Positions 16,610-26,861 of a stretch of 64,000 bases of DNA are shown one piece after another (the stretch's first letter is position 1; each line of letters starts with the position of its first letter). The stretch is taken from the NCBI GenBank assembly GCA_040219255.1, contig JAVJSW010000016.1:1-64000 (forward strand), given 5' to 3'. Source of the DNA: Sumerlaeia bacterium. GTDB lineage: Bacteria; Sumerlaeota; Sumerlaeia; SLMS01; JAHLLQ01. The notes beneath the pieces were generated by a model. That model made no database searches, was not told the DNA's origin, and saw only the letters and a list, made by a program, of their open reading frames with translations. The position numbers and the translations under genes are program-made.

Positions 16610-18559
16610 ATGCGGATTCGACTTCATTTTCTCGGACCTTTCATCCTCGGCCTGCTGGTTCCCGGCCTGCTGGTTCTTTTCGCGCCAGCGGCTCTTGCCC
16701 ACCCCGAATTCGCCGTCCGCGCCCGGATCGCGCCCGAGCCGGGACGCGAGTCGATCCGCTTTGTCGTGCTGGCCGATTCCCAGCTCCAGAACAAAAGCCT
16801 CTTCGAACGCATGGCCCACGAGATCGAGCTGCTCCAGCCCGACTTCGTCATCCAGGCCGGCGACATGATCGATGGCTACACGGAGGACACCGGGCGAATC
16901 GTTTCGGAATGGCGCGAATTCGCCCGCCAGATCGCCCCCTTGACGATGCCTTATTTTCCCGTGCCGGGGAACCACGACGTGGTGACCTCGGAGAGCGCCC
17001 GCCTCTATGGCGAGGTCTTCGGCCGTGATCGCTATCACTACTCCTTCGATTACGGCCCGGCGCATTTTGTGGTCCTGAATACCTGGAGTCCCGGCGAAAT
17101 CAACCGCGTGGCGCCCTGGCAGCGCGAGTGGCTGCGCGACGATCTGGCCGCGTGGGCCGAGCGTTCCGGCGGCCTGACCAGCGACACCCTGGCCAACCGC
17201 CACGTCTTCCTCTTCACCCACAGCCCACTCTGGCGCTATGAAGAGGACGAGGCGGGGTTCGAGGATTGGCGGGCCGTCGAGGAAATCCTCGCGCCGTACC
17301 CGTTCCGTCTCGCCATCGCCGGTCACACGCACGAGCACGTCTGGCAGCAGACCGCCGGCCGCGAAGGCCCCATCGAGGACGGTGGCAACCTGCTGGTGAT
17401 GAATACCAGCGGCTCTCTGAAAGGCGTCCCCGGCCAGTTCGAACGCGGCGGCGACTTGTTCAGTTACCTGCATGTGACTATCGACGGGCCGGAGATTCAC
17501 TACGCGACCATCCGCGCGGGCAGCATCTTTCCGCTCGATACGATCGACTCCGCCGAGCGCGACCGGGCCGAGCTGCTGGAAATCCCGCCGGGTACGATCC
17601 GCCTGCGCGAGTGGCAGCCGGGCGAAAGCCTCGCCACGACGGTGACGACGACGCTGAAAAACGACCTGGACGAGCCGCGGCTGTACCGCCTGACGTGGCG
17701 AACCGCGCGCGGCGCCGAGGTCGACATCGACCCGCAAACCCAATGGATTGAAGTCCCGGCTCAATCCACCGCCACACCCGCGTTCCGCATCAGCAGCCCC
17801 GCCGCTCCCCCGCTGGATCGGATGCCGTGGCTGGAAATCGAGAACGAAATGGTGCTGCGCACGGGCGTTGTCTCGCGCCAGGAGGAAGTGCGCCTGCGCG
17901 AGGACCCGGCCTCGAAGATCGCCCTCGAAGCCCCCGTCAGCTTCTCGGCGCGGCGCGATCTGTTCCTGCCGCCGGTCGTGCGGGCCGAGCGGGCGGGCGG
18001 CGCCAGCATCGAACCGGATGGGGTGCTGGACGAGCCGGCGTGGGAGCGGGCGACGCCGCTGTTGCTTCTCGACGAAGGCATCGCCACCCGGGTGCGCCTG
18101 CTCTACGACGCCGGGCACCTCTACATCGGCGGGGAAATGCAGGAACCCGATCCGGGCGCTATGAAGCGCGCCGTCACCGGCACGGAGCCGGAAATCCCGC
18201 TGACGTGGAACGACGACGACATCGAGTTCTTCTTCGACCCGGAGCAGTCCCAACTCGATTACTGGCGCCTCTTCCAGACCTCTGCTGGAACACGATTCAG
18301 CAGCAAACCGCGCCACCTGCCGGATCACATCAAGTACGCGCCGACCAGCTATGAATCCGGGATTACGGTCGGCGATGACCGGTGGGTTTTGGAGATGGCG
18401 GTGCCGTGGAGCGATCTGGACCGCCCCGGTCCGGCGGCGCCGGGTGAGGCCTGGAGCTTCAACGTGGGCCGCCACCGGCATCAGAACGCCTCGCCGCGCG
18501 CCTCGTGGTCCGGGGGGCTCTATGAAATCGATCGTTGGGGGCTGCTCCTTTTCGAGTAG
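16610..18559 (+). CDS. Secreted calcineurin-like metallophosphoesterase with a C-terminal CBM9/DOMON-like domain
   Basis: Signal peptide; LADSQ, AGDMIDG, PGNHD, FTHSP, AGHTH; C-terminal PDGVLDEPAW...LLYD..HLY...DDIEFFFDP...WVLEMAVPW. Confidence 0.85.
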   Translation: MRIRLHFLGPFILGLLVPGLLVLFAPAALAHPEFAVRARIAPEPGRESIRFVVLADSQLQNKSLFERMAHEIELLQPDFVIQAGDMIDGYTEDTGRIVSEWREFARQIAPLTMPYFPVPGNHDVVTSESARLYGEVFGRDRYHYSFDYGPAHFVVLNTWSPGEINRVAPWQREWLRDDLAAWAERSGGLTSDTLANRHVFLFTHSPLWRYEEDEAGFEDWRAVEEILAPYPFRLAIAGHTHEHVWQQTAGREGPIEDGGNLLVMNTSGSLKGVPGQFERGGDLFSYLHVTIDGPEIHYATIRAGSIFPLDTIDSAERDRAELLEIPPGTIRLREWQPGESLATTVTTTLKNDLDEPRLYRLTWRTARGAEVDIDPQTQWIEVPAQSTATPAFRISSPAAPPLDRMPWLEIENEMVLRTGVVSRQEEVRLREDPASKIALEAPVSFSARRDLFLPPVVRAERAGGASIEPDGVLDEPAWERATPLLLLDEGIATRVRLLYDAGHLYIGGEMQEPDPGAMKRAVTGTEPEIPLTWNDDDIEFFFDPEQSQLDYWRLFQTSAGTRFSSKPRHLPDHIKYAPTSYESGITVGDDRWVLEMAVPWSDLDRPGPAAPGEAWSFNVGRHRHQNASPRASWSGGLYEIDRWGLLLFE

Positions 18560-18676
18560 TGAATCGCAGCGGCGGCGATACGTCCCCGTCATCGTCCAAG
18601 TTTTGCCTTTGCAGCAACCCATGGGAGAGGACATGATGGCTCCGAAATCGCTGATTCCCCAGGTGTTCCGCTCCCT

Positions 18677-20038
18677 ATGGCCGAAGAAACCGCTCTCGCG
18701 AACGAACAACTTCAGATCCATCTCGCCAATCAAGACAAGGAGGCGCTGGACGCTTTTCTCTGGGGCCTTCCCTTCGAGGACCGCGCCCGGCTGATCAATC
18801 GGCTCGAGGCGCCTCAGCGTGAGGCGCTGATGACGCAGCTCTCGCCGGAGGACGCCGCCGCGCTGCTGGAAGAACTGGCCGAGGAGCAGGCGCGGCTCCT
18901 GTTTATGGCCGTGCCCGCGGAGCAGGCCGCCCAGATCGCCGATGAGATCCACAGTAACGTGCGCGCCGATATCATCGGCGGCATGGATGCGAAAAGCACG
19001 GACGCGATCCTGCGGTTCATGGAGCCGGAGGAGGCGAAGGATCTGCGGGAACTGATCAGCTATGCCGCCGATACCGCCGGCGGTCTGATGATTACCGAGT
19101 TCCTGTCCTATCGCGACACCATGACGGTGGGCGACATCCTCGACGATCTCCGCACCCACGGCGAGGAATACGCCGACTACGATGTGCAGTACGCCTACAT
19201 CGAGGACGAGGCGGGGAAACTGGTGGGTGTGCTGCGGATGCGGGATTTGCTCTTCGCGCAGAAATCGCGCAAGGCCTCCGCCGTCATGATCAAGAATCCG
19301 GTTTCCGTGAATGCCACGGATCCGCTGGACCGGTTGATCCGCTTTTTCGACGACCACGGATTTTTCGGGGTGCCGGTCGTCGGCGACTCCGACGAACTTT
19401 GCGGCGTTTTGCGCCGGTCCGACGTGGGCAAGGCCGCCGCTGCCCGGGCCAACAGCATCTTTCTGCGCGTGAGCGGTATTATCGGCGGCGAGGAATTGCG
19501 CGACATGCCGCTGAAGACGCGCTTCTCGCGGCGCCTGAGTTTCCTGTCGATCAACATCTTCCTGAACATCATCGCCGCCAGCGTCATCGCCATGAAGATG
19601 GACGTCCTGGATCAGGTGATCGCCCTGGCGGTGTTCATGCCCATCATCAGCGACATGTCGGGATGCAGCGGCAACCAGGCGGTTGCCGTCAGTATCCGGG
19701 AATTGGCGCTCGGCCTCGTGAAGCCCAAGGAATTTTTCCGTGTCTTCAAGAAAGAAGCGGCCGTCGGCGTCATCAACGGCATCTGCCTGGGCGTTCTGCT
19801 CGGCATCGTGGCGTACCTGTGGAAGGGCAACATCTGGCTCGGCGCGGTGGCGGCGGTGGCGCTGTGCATCAACACGCTTGTAGCGGTCTGCTTCGGCGGA
19901 TTGATTCCGCTGCTGCTCAAGGGCATGCGCCTCGATCCGGCGCTGGTCAGCGGTCCGGTGCTGACCACGGTGACGGATATGTGCGGGTTCTTCCTGGTGC
20001 TGACGCTGGCCGGGTTCGTTCTGGAGAAGCTGGTTTAG
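18677..20038 (+). CDS. mgtE: Magnesium transporter MgtE
   Basis: YAADTAGGLMITE, CBS pair, MSGCSGNQAVAVSIRELALG, DPALVSGPVLTTVTD. Confidence 0.95.
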   Translation: MAEETALANEQLQIHLANQDKEALDAFLWGLPFEDRARLINRLEAPQREALMTQLSPEDAAALLEELAEEQARLLFMAVPAEQAAQIADEIHSNVRADIIGGMDAKSTDAILRFMEPEEAKDLRELISYAADTAGGLMITEFLSYRDTMTVGDILDDLRTHGEEYADYDVQYAYIEDEAGKLVGVLRMRDLLFAQKSRKASAVMIKNPVSVNATDPLDRLIRFFDDHGFFGVPVVGDSDELCGVLRRSDVGKAAAARANSIFLRVSGIIGGEELRDMPLKTRFSRRLSFLSINIFLNIIAASVIAMKMDVLDQVIALAVFMPIISDMSGCSGNQAVAVSIRELALGLVKPKEFFRVFKKEAAVGVINGICLGVLLGIVAYLWKGNIWLGAVAAVALCINTLVAVCFGGLIPLLLKGMRLDPALVSGPVLTTVTDMCGFFLVLTLAGFVLEKLV

Positions 20039-20166
20039 ACCGGGAAAACGGCGGGTCGCGATGAGGGTGGTCATGGGGATCGGGTCCTGCGCGAGGGGTT
20101 TGGCTGACTTCTGGGAAGGAGCCTCGCACAGGCCGAACGGTTTGTCCCCTCATGTGGCAACTCGGG

Positions 20167-20238
20167 GACAAGAAAGACAAGATACACTTATCCGACAAAA
20201 GCGACTTAAACGACCTAAACGACAAAACCGACAACTGG
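20167..20238 (+). repeat. Degenerate 9-bp tandem repeat, 8 units
   Basis: gacaagaaa gacaagata cacttatcc gacaaaagc gacttaaac gacctaaac gacaaaacc gacaactgg. Confidence 0.8.
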
Positions 20239-20316
20239 CGTGAGCGCGGCGGCCTCGTAGCGCGTTGACAGACAACGACTTACCACCTGGATTCGAAGAA
20301 AAGGGACGGCTCCCCG

Positions 20317-22515
20317 CTACTCGCGCTGGCCGATCAGCATCACCGCCTTGTCGGTGCTGGCGGCGACGTGCTGAATCAGGTTTCCGAGAACCCGGCGCCG
20401 CTTGTCCACTTGGCCGAGCCCCAGGAGAATGAGGTCGCAGTCTTTGGCCGCCTTGAGCACCGCCGAGCCGATGTTGTTCCAGGCGAGCACCTCGACGTAG
20501 CCCTTCGCCGCCGATTCGTCGGTCACCAGGCGGGTCCACAACTCCTTCATGCGGCGCTGCTCGGCCTCGCTGGTCCCCTCCTTGACTACGATCAAGTAGC
20601 AAATTTCCAGATCGGCGACGGCGCGCTGGTGCATGGCGGTCAGGAGCCGCGCCCGCAAGGCGTTGTGCACGCCGCGCCCGCCGAGGGGAACCAGGACGCG
20701 GCGCACCTGCGAGGGTTTCCATCCCGGAGGGGACCGCACAATGGCGACGTTGCCAGGCAGTTCGCTGGCCAATTTCTCCACGCGGGCGCGGATCGCCTCG
20801 TTGTTCAGGTCCGACATGCCCAGGAGCGTCATGGCGCAGCGGTGGCTGCGGGCGACGCGTTCGATTTCCGCCCAGGGGTCTTTGGCGATGGAGGCCATGC
20901 ACTCAACGCCGAGGCCGGCCTCAAGCGACACGGCCATGGACTTCTTGAGCACGTTCGCCATGGCGTCCAATTCGTCGCCGTACTCGGGGTGCTGACCCGG
21001 CTGCACGACGTTGAGGAGCAGGACGCGCCCGGCCCGGGGCGGCGAGAGGTAGACGGCCAAGGTGGCCAGCGCCGCGGCGTTCGACGGGTTGGCGATGGGG
21101 ACGAGGACGAGGGGGCTGCGGCCGCGGAGTTCGAGCAGGTCGGGATCGGCGAGTTCGCTGGCGGCATCCGTGATGCGGGCGCGCTGGCCGAAAATCCACA
21201 GGTAACAGAAGAATCCCGCCACCAGCCAGACACCGGTGATGGCACCCGCGGCGGGGACGACGAAGCCCTGGAAAACGGCCAGCGCTCCGCAGGTCAGAAC
21301 ACCGAAGGCCGGCAAGTAGGGCCAGCCGGGCAAGCGAAAGCCATCGTGGTTGGGCCGCCGGCGGCGGGCCAGAATGCAGATGACATGGGTCAGGGCGAAG
21401 CTGATGAGGAAAATCAGGGACGAAGCCGCGCCGGCCTGGGCCACGTCGCCCACCGCCACGAGGGTTGCGCAAGCCAGCGTCGCGGTGACCCATAACGCTC
21501 GCAAGGGGGTGCCGCGCTTAGAGCCGACGCGCTCGAGATGGGCGGGCAGGGTGCGGTCGCGGCCCATGGCCTGGGCGATGCGAGAAGCAGCGAAGATGTT
21601 CGCCACAAGCGCGGAGAACATCGCCAGGACGCCCGAAGCCATGACCAGCCAGAAGCCGAATGTGCCCAGGTAATTGCGCGCCGCGATGGCGACCACGGTG
21701 TCGGGGTTGGCCTCGGACATGGCGGTGATGGTCTCGCCCGCCGGAACGCCCACGACCAACACCACCAACAGCAGCGGCAGGTAAACCACGAGAGCGATGC
21801 CGAGGGAAAACAGCATGGCTTTGGGCAGGACCCGGCGCGGCTCCTTGACCTCGCCGGCCACGGCCGCGATCAGGTCGAAGCCTTGCAGGGCGATGAACGT
21901 GAAGCCCATGGCGGAAATGACGCCGCCGAATCCCGCCGGCATGAAGGGCGTCAAGCGATCGAGGGCGGGGGGTTGTTCCCTGGCCCAGACGACGAAACCG
22001 CCGGCGATGAGAACACCGAAGACGATGACCTTCAAGACGTTGATCCAGTTCCCGCCCGAACCCGCCGAGCGCGAGAGGAACGCCGTGCAACCCAGAACCG
22101 TCAGCGCCGAAGCAGTCGTCATGGTGGATGGCAAAGTTAGCCAGTCCGGCGCGGCGGGCCACAGCGCCACCACCGACCCGATGGCGAAGGATGCGAAACC
22201 CAGGGCGTACAAGGCCGACGCGACGATGGACGCGAACCAGACGACCCAGCCGACGCTGAACGCCGCGCCGACGGTGAGCGTGCGGCGCGCGAAGAGGTAG
22301 GTACCGCCGGATTGGGGGTTGGCGCTGGAGAGTTCGGCGAAACTGAGCGCCGTAACGACCGCGATAACGCCGTTCAGGGCGAAGGCCAGGATGGCCGCCG
22401 GACCCGCCGCGGCGAAACCTGTTCCCGCGAGGGCCAGAATGCCGCCGCCGACGATGGCTCCGACGCCGATGCTGGTGGCGGCGAAAAGCCCGATGTGTCG
22501 TTTCGGTTCCGGCAT
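20317..22515 (-). CDS. APC family amino-acid permease with C-terminal USP domains
   Basis: GVGAIVGGGI, SFAELSS..PQSGGTY, GFDLIAAVAGEVKEPRR; C-terminal VLVPIANP and VLVPLGGRG USP-like modules. Confidence 0.9.
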   Translation of the reverse strand: MPEPKRHIGLFAATSIGVGAIVGGGILALAGTGFAAAGPAAILAFALNGVIAVVTALSFAELSSANPQSGGTYLFARRTLTVGAAFSVGWVVWFASIVASALYALGFASFAIGSVVALWPAAPDWLTLPSTMTTASALTVLGCTAFLSRSAGSGGNWINVLKVIVFGVLIAGGFVVWAREQPPALDRLTPFMPAGFGGVISAMGFTFIALQGFDLIAAVAGEVKEPRRVLPKAMLFSLGIALVVYLPLLLVVLVVGVPAGETITAMSEANPDTVVAIAARNYLGTFGFWLVMASGVLAMFSALVANIFAASRIAQAMGRDRTLPAHLERVGSKRGTPLRALWVTATLACATLVAVGDVAQAGAASSLIFLISFALTHVICILARRRRPNHDGFRLPGWPYLPAFGVLTCGALAVFQGFVVPAAGAITGVWLVAGFFCYLWIFGQRARITDAASELADPDLLELRGRSPLVLVPIANPSNAAALATLAVYLSPPRAGRVLLLNVVQPGQHPEYGDELDAMANVLKKSMAVSLEAGLGVECMASIAKDPWAEIERVARSHRCAMTLLGMSDLNNEAIRARVEKLASELPGNVAIVRSPPGWKPSQVRRVLVPLGGRGVHNALRARLLTAMHQRAVADLEICYLIVVKEGTSEAEQRRMKELWTRLVTDESAAKGYVEVLAWNNIGSAVLKAAKDCDLILLGLGQVDKRRRVLGNLIQHVAASTDKAVMLIGQRE

Positions 22516-22638
22516 GGAGTCTCCTAGGGTCGGCGTGCTTGCGATCGGATCGCACGACACCCATTCTTTCGGGGCAGGGCCCCAGCCAGCGTCAACTCGC
22601 TTGCGGGAAAATGACAGGCACCTGGAGCCATTCCCCGC

Positions 22639-23403
22639 TTACCAATTTCTGGGCCGGACCTGGTTTTTCGCCGCCCCTTCCGCCTCCGGTTCCGCACCCT
22701 CCAGAATGGAAAGAGCCTGGCGCGCCCTGGTCAGGTCCGGCTGCTCCTGCAGTGCCGCCTGGAAGGTCCGCCTCGCTCGGTCGATCAGGCCCAGTTGCGC
22801 CATCACCATGCCCGCGTTGGTCAGCGCCTCGGCTTTGGGGACGACTTCCTGGAATTCGGTGATGGCCAGATCGAAGTGCCCCTGTTGAGCCAGTGCGAGC
22901 CCCAGGTTGATATGCGCCCTTTCCATCTCCGGGTTGTGGCGCAGAGCCTCGCGGAAGGCGTTTTCCGCCTCCTCCCACGCACCGGTCTGATAAAGGAAAT
23001 ACCCGTAATCGTTGTGCAGTTCGGCGTCGGCTGGCGACTGCTCCAGGGCCCGGCGGAACTCCTTTCGGGCGCGGGTGGATTCCCCCAGCCGCCCGTAGGA
23101 AACCGCCATGCGGTGCGCCAAATTGGGATAATCGGCGTCGTGCGTGCGCGCCACGGCGAAGTTCTTGATCGCTTTGCGGTCGAAGCCATTGTTGGCCATT
23201 TCGACGCCGAGCAAGTAGGACATGCGCGCCGCGTCGCGGTCGTCGATTTCGGTCGCCTGATTCCGGGCGCAGCCGCCAGCGAAGACTAGCATTCCGGCCA
23301 ACAGAACCAGTATTGAGGCGCATTTTGCGAAGAATGGGCATTCCGCCCGTGACCCGCCACGCCCGGCCCCCGCCACTGACTCCAAGACAAACCCACATCT
23401 CAT
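22639..23403 (-). CDS. TPR lipoprotein (TadD-like)
   Basis: Lipobox-like FAGGC; TPRs LHNDYGYFLY and AHINLGLALAQQG; last gene of the tad operon. Confidence 0.8.
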   Translation of the reverse strand: MRCGFVLESVAGAGRGGSRAECPFFAKCASILVLLAGMLVFAGGCARNQATEIDDRDAARMSYLLGVEMANNGFDRKAIKNFAVARTHDADYPNLAHRMAVSYGRLGESTRARKEFRRALEQSPADAELHNDYGYFLYQTGAWEEAENAFREALRHNPEMERAHINLGLALAQQGHFDLAITEFQEVVPKAEALTNAGMVMAQLGLIDRARRTFQAALQEQPDLTRARQALSILEGAEPEAEGAAKNQVRPRNW

Positions 23404-23858
23404 GGCTTCTCCAACCCCTTCTGAATGATGGGAACGTCCGGCGATTGGAGTCCCAGGGCGCGCGACTCGCCGACGACCACGAGCGAGTCCGCCTGGTCGC
23501 GGGGCAGGCCCCGCTCCGCCAGCGCCTGCGCCACCGCAGCCTTGCGCGCCGCGTTCAGGTCATCTTCTCCCAGGGCTTCCTCCACGATCACCGTTTCCTG
23601 GCGCGTCAGAAGCGCCTGCGCGATGCGGTCGAGTTGTCTCATTCCCGCCGGGCCCAACCGGGTGGAGTTGCCGATCCAGGCCTGACGATAGACGACGAAT
23701 TTGTCGGCCTGGGCTTTCTGGATTTGCACCTCGCGGAACATCGCCGAGGACTCGCCGGCCGCGCGCGGCGGGTTGAGCATCGGCGCGCCGGCCGACGAAA
23801 ACTGGCCGCAGCCCGCCAGCGCCAAGGCGAATAAGGTGAGCGGAATCAAAGCTTTCAC
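23400..23858 (-). CDS. Tad-associated lipoprotein (CpaD-like position)
   Basis: Lipobox LAGC; coupled to the secretin gene by a GTGA overlap. Confidence 0.7.
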   Translation of the reverse strand: MKALIPLTLFALALAGCGQFSSAGAPMLNPPRAAGESSAMFREVQIQKAQADKFVVYRQAWIGNSTRLGPAGMRQLDRIAQALLTRQETVIVEEALGEDDLNAARKAAVAQALAERGLPRDQADSLVVVGESRALGLQSPDVPIIQKGLEKP

Positions 23859-25549
23859 TCTTCCACCTCCGAACGGCCGCGCGTATAGCCTGATGGCCCT
23901 TCGATGAATTGCTCATCGCCAGTCTGAAAGGCGCGGAGCCGCTCCTGGCCGCCTTCCTCTTCATCGAAGAGGTTCAGGCTTTCCAGCCGGTTCAACAGAT
24001 AGAATTCCAGATCCGACGGCTCGTTCATATCCGAACCCGGCAGCGGCGGCACTTCGCCTTCTTCCATGGGATAGACCAGGGACGGGCTGACCAGGATGAT
24101 GAGTTCCTGCTCGCTGGCCGACGTCCGGTTGAATCCGAACATCGCGCCCACGATGGGCAGATCGCCGAGGATCGGCACCCGGTCGGCGGTCGAGCCGAAG
24201 TTCGTCTGGAGCAGCCCCGCCACCGCCAGCGTCTGTCCGTCACGCAGATCCACGGTCGTCTGGAACGTCCGCGTGTCCAGGCCGGGAATGCTGGAGTTCC
24301 CGACGCTGGTGCCGGAGGCTGTCTGGCGGGTGCTGACTTCCGCGTTGATCGAGAGGCGAATGCGGTCGCGTTCGGTGACGAAAGGCGTGAATTCCAACTG
24401 CACGCCGAAGGGCACGAATTCGACGCCCTGCAGGCCCGTGTTGGTGGCGCCCGTGACGACGGGAATGGGGAACTGGCCGCCGGCCAGGAAGGAGGCCTTG
24501 CGCCCGTTCAGGGTCACCAGGTTCGGTTCCGCCAGCGATTTCGCCAAGTTCAAAGACCTCAATATATTGAGCGCCGCGTCCAGCTCGTAGCCGGTGGGGT
24601 CTTCCTCGCCCACTTCCTCCATGATGTTGAAGGGCACGTTGACCAGTCCCGCCTCGCGAATGCCGCCGGTCAGGTTCGTGATCATCACCGTGCCGTCTTC
24701 GCTGATGTAGTCGAAGTTCACGCCGATGCTGCGCAGCGCCGAGCGATTCACCTCCGCCACCACAACCCGCAGCATGACCTGGGCTTCGCCGGGAATGGTC
24801 AGGGCGTTGATGATGTTGGCCTTGGTGGAAATCAGGAAGTTTTCCAGAGCCTGGGGCGGCAATCCGTCCGGGCCCAAGTCTTCGAGATTCAGTTCGATGC
24901 GATCGACCGGGATCGTTTCCGCTTTGCCGGGCGCGTTGGCTTCCACGACCTTGAGGATCTGGTTCGCTTCCAGGATGTCGTAGGCCTCGCCCCGCACCAC
25001 GAGCTTGTCGCCGACCAGGATCAGTTCGACGTAGCTGTTGGGAAAGGCTTCGTTGATTTCCCGCTCCAGCGCCTCGTACACGCGTTCGAGGCGCTCGCGG
25101 GCTTCCGGGTCGGGAAAGACGCGGACCAGGTAGGACCAGGCCAGTTCCTCGTCGGCGTTCTCCGGATCGGGGAACCAGAGGGTCAGGATGGTGGTCCCCG
25201 TTTCCTTGCCCGTGACGAGGATTTGCCGGTCCGTGACAAGGTCGTAGGTGGCGATGTCTTCGCCGGGGATTTGCACGCGGAGCGGGCGCTGCTTGAGCAT
25301 CATCAGCCTTGGACGTCCCGCCACCAGGTCCAGCGTCAGTTCCGGGTCCACGATGCGTTCGATGAAGCGGTCGAGGAGCTGCTGGGCGCCCGCGTCCTCT
25401 GGGGGACGCGAGCCGATGGGCAGGGGGTCCATGCGCGACAGGCGCGTGCGCTCGGTATTCGCCGCGTCGAGCGGCGGTTCCTGGGCGAAGGCGGCGGTGG
25501 CGATGACGATGGAAAAGGCGAGCATGGCCCACCGGAACCCGTTAATCAT
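23855..25549 (-). CDS. cpaC: Tad pilus secretin RcpA/CpaC
   Basis: QVMLRVVVAEVNRS, LAEPNLVTLNGRKASFLAGGQFPIP, PFGVQLEFTP, VPILGDLPIVGAMF; signal peptide after the ATG at 25549. Confidence 0.93.
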   Translation of the reverse strand: MINGFRWAMLAFSIVIATAAFAQEPPLDAANTERTRLSRMDPLPIGSRPPEDAGAQQLLDRFIERIVDPELTLDLVAGRPRLMMLKQRPLRVQIPGEDIATYDLVTDRQILVTGKETGTTILTLWFPDPENADEELAWSYLVRVFPDPEARERLERVYEALEREINEAFPNSYVELILVGDKLVVRGEAYDILEANQILKVVEANAPGKAETIPVDRIELNLEDLGPDGLPPQALENFLISTKANIINALTIPGEAQVMLRVVVAEVNRSALRSIGVNFDYISEDGTVMITNLTGGIREAGLVNVPFNIMEEVGEEDPTGYELDAALNILRSLNLAKSLAEPNLVTLNGRKASFLAGGQFPIPVVTGATNTGLQGVEFVPFGVQLEFTPFVTERDRIRLSINAEVSTRQTASGTSVGNSSIPGLDTRTFQTTVDLRDGQTLAVAGLLQTNFGSTADRVPILGDLPIVGAMFGFNRTSASEQELIILVSPSLVYPMEEGEVPPLPGSDMNEPSDLEFYLLNRLESLNLFDEEEGGQERLRAFQTGDEQFIEGPSGYTRGRSEVEE

Positions 25550-25949
25550 GCGCGACCATCCGTTCCAGTCCGCCCGGAGGCAACTTAATGCTTTCATCTG
25601 TATTTGGCGCCGAGATGGCGAGGCGCTCCCCGGCCTCGACGGCGAGGGCATCCGCCGGGGTTTCCAAGACCGCGGCCGTTCCCGGCGGCCCGGTCAGCGC
25701 CCGGAACGGCCGCACCCTCCGCACAACCCGCAGGACCAGGCCCTCCGCATCGAGGAACGCCACGTCGATCACAAACAGCATCCCCACCGTGTGAATCGAC
25801 CGGCAGGGCGCGATCAGCAACCCCCATGTGTCCGCCGGGCGACGGCGAAGCTGCCAGCCCCAAAAACGCGGCCAGAACCGTGCCGCGATCGACAGCTTGG
25901 CGACGCGCAGGTTGCCACTCCTTGCCTCGACCATTAACCATCCCATCAT
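25542..25949 (-). CDS. DUF192 family protein
   Basis: GLLIAPCRSIHTVGMLFVIDVAFLD...VLE. Confidence 0.85.
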   Translation of the reverse strand: MMGWLMVEARSGNLRVAKLSIAARFWPRFWGWQLRRRPADTWGLLIAPCRSIHTVGMLFVIDVAFLDAEGLVLRVVRRVRPFRALTGPPGTAAVLETPADALAVEAGERLAISAPNTDESIKLPPGGLERMVAHD

Positions 25950-26854
25950 CGCACCCCCGCCAGCAAGTCCAGCAATTGCAGGATCTCATAGAAAATTGGC
26001 CCGAGCATCACGACAAACAGCGCGGGGAGGAAGCAGAGCACCAGCGGGAGCAGCCGCTTCACCGGCATGGCCATCGCCTGCTCGAGGGCGCGCTCGCGCC
26101 GTTCGCGGCGGAAATCCTCGGCCTGGCGCCGAAGCACCGGCGAGAGACTGGCTCCCGCCTGCTCGGCCTGCACGACGGCCGAGACGAAGGTTGTGACCGC
26201 CGGGACGTCGATCCGGCGGGCCAGCCGGCGAAAGGCTGTAACACGGTCCTCGCCCGCTTGCAGGTCCCGCTGAAAGCCATGGAATTCCTGGCGCAAGGGC
26301 CCATCGCGCAAACCGTCCCGCACGACCCGGTCCACCGCCGCGTCGAAGGCCAGCCCGGCCTGGGTGAGCGCCGCCAACAGATCGAGGGCGAGCGGGAAAT
26401 CCGCGGCGATGGCTTGCTGGCGCCGTTTGCGCCGGTCGCTCAGGACCATCCAGGGCAACGCCGCAACCATCCCCCCCAGCACCCAGGGCACCAGCCACGT
26501 CAGGGGAATCAACACGTCGCCGAATCCGGCGGGCAGATCGGCCAAGCCGAACCGAACCTTTCGCAGCAAGAGCGAGCCCTGGGAGACCCAAACGACAAGG
26601 CCGCCAGCGGCCAGCGCCGCCAATGCCACAAGGGCGAACGACCGGGCCGCGCCGGAGCGCCGGATGCCGGCGCTCTGCAGCGAATAATCGAGGAAGCGCT
26701 CCCAGACCGGGCGCTGCGTTTGCGGCGGGCCGGACGCGGATTCGCCGAGGCGCTGCCGGATTCGCCGCGCCAGCCACGCCTCGTGCCCCCACCACGCGGC
26801 CAAGGCCAACGCCGCCAACCACAACAAAGTCAGTGCCCAGGAAGTTGCGCTCAT
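25946..26854 (-). CDS. tadC: Tad pilus assembly protein TadC
   Basis: FPLALDLLAALTQAGLAFDAAV, QAEQAGASLSPVLR, PVKRLLPLVLCFLPALF. Confidence 0.9.
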   Translation of the reverse strand: MSATSWALTLLWLAALALAAWWGHEAWLARRIRQRLGESASGPPQTQRPVWERFLDYSLQSAGIRRSGAARSFALVALAALAAGGLVVWVSQGSLLLRKVRFGLADLPAGFGDVLIPLTWLVPWVLGGMVAALPWMVLSDRRKRRQQAIAADFPLALDLLAALTQAGLAFDAAVDRVVRDGLRDGPLRQEFHGFQRDLQAGEDRVTAFRRLARRIDVPAVTTFVSAVVQAEQAGASLSPVLRRQAEDFRRERRERALEQAMAMPVKRLLPLVLCFLPALFVVMLGPIFYEILQLLDLLAGVR

Positions 26855-26861
26855 CGCCGCC

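Noticed and set aside
14852-20074. 1740-aa minus-strand ORF
   Set aside because: Antisense shadow of three well-supported plus-strand genes in high-GC DNA; no motifs of its own.
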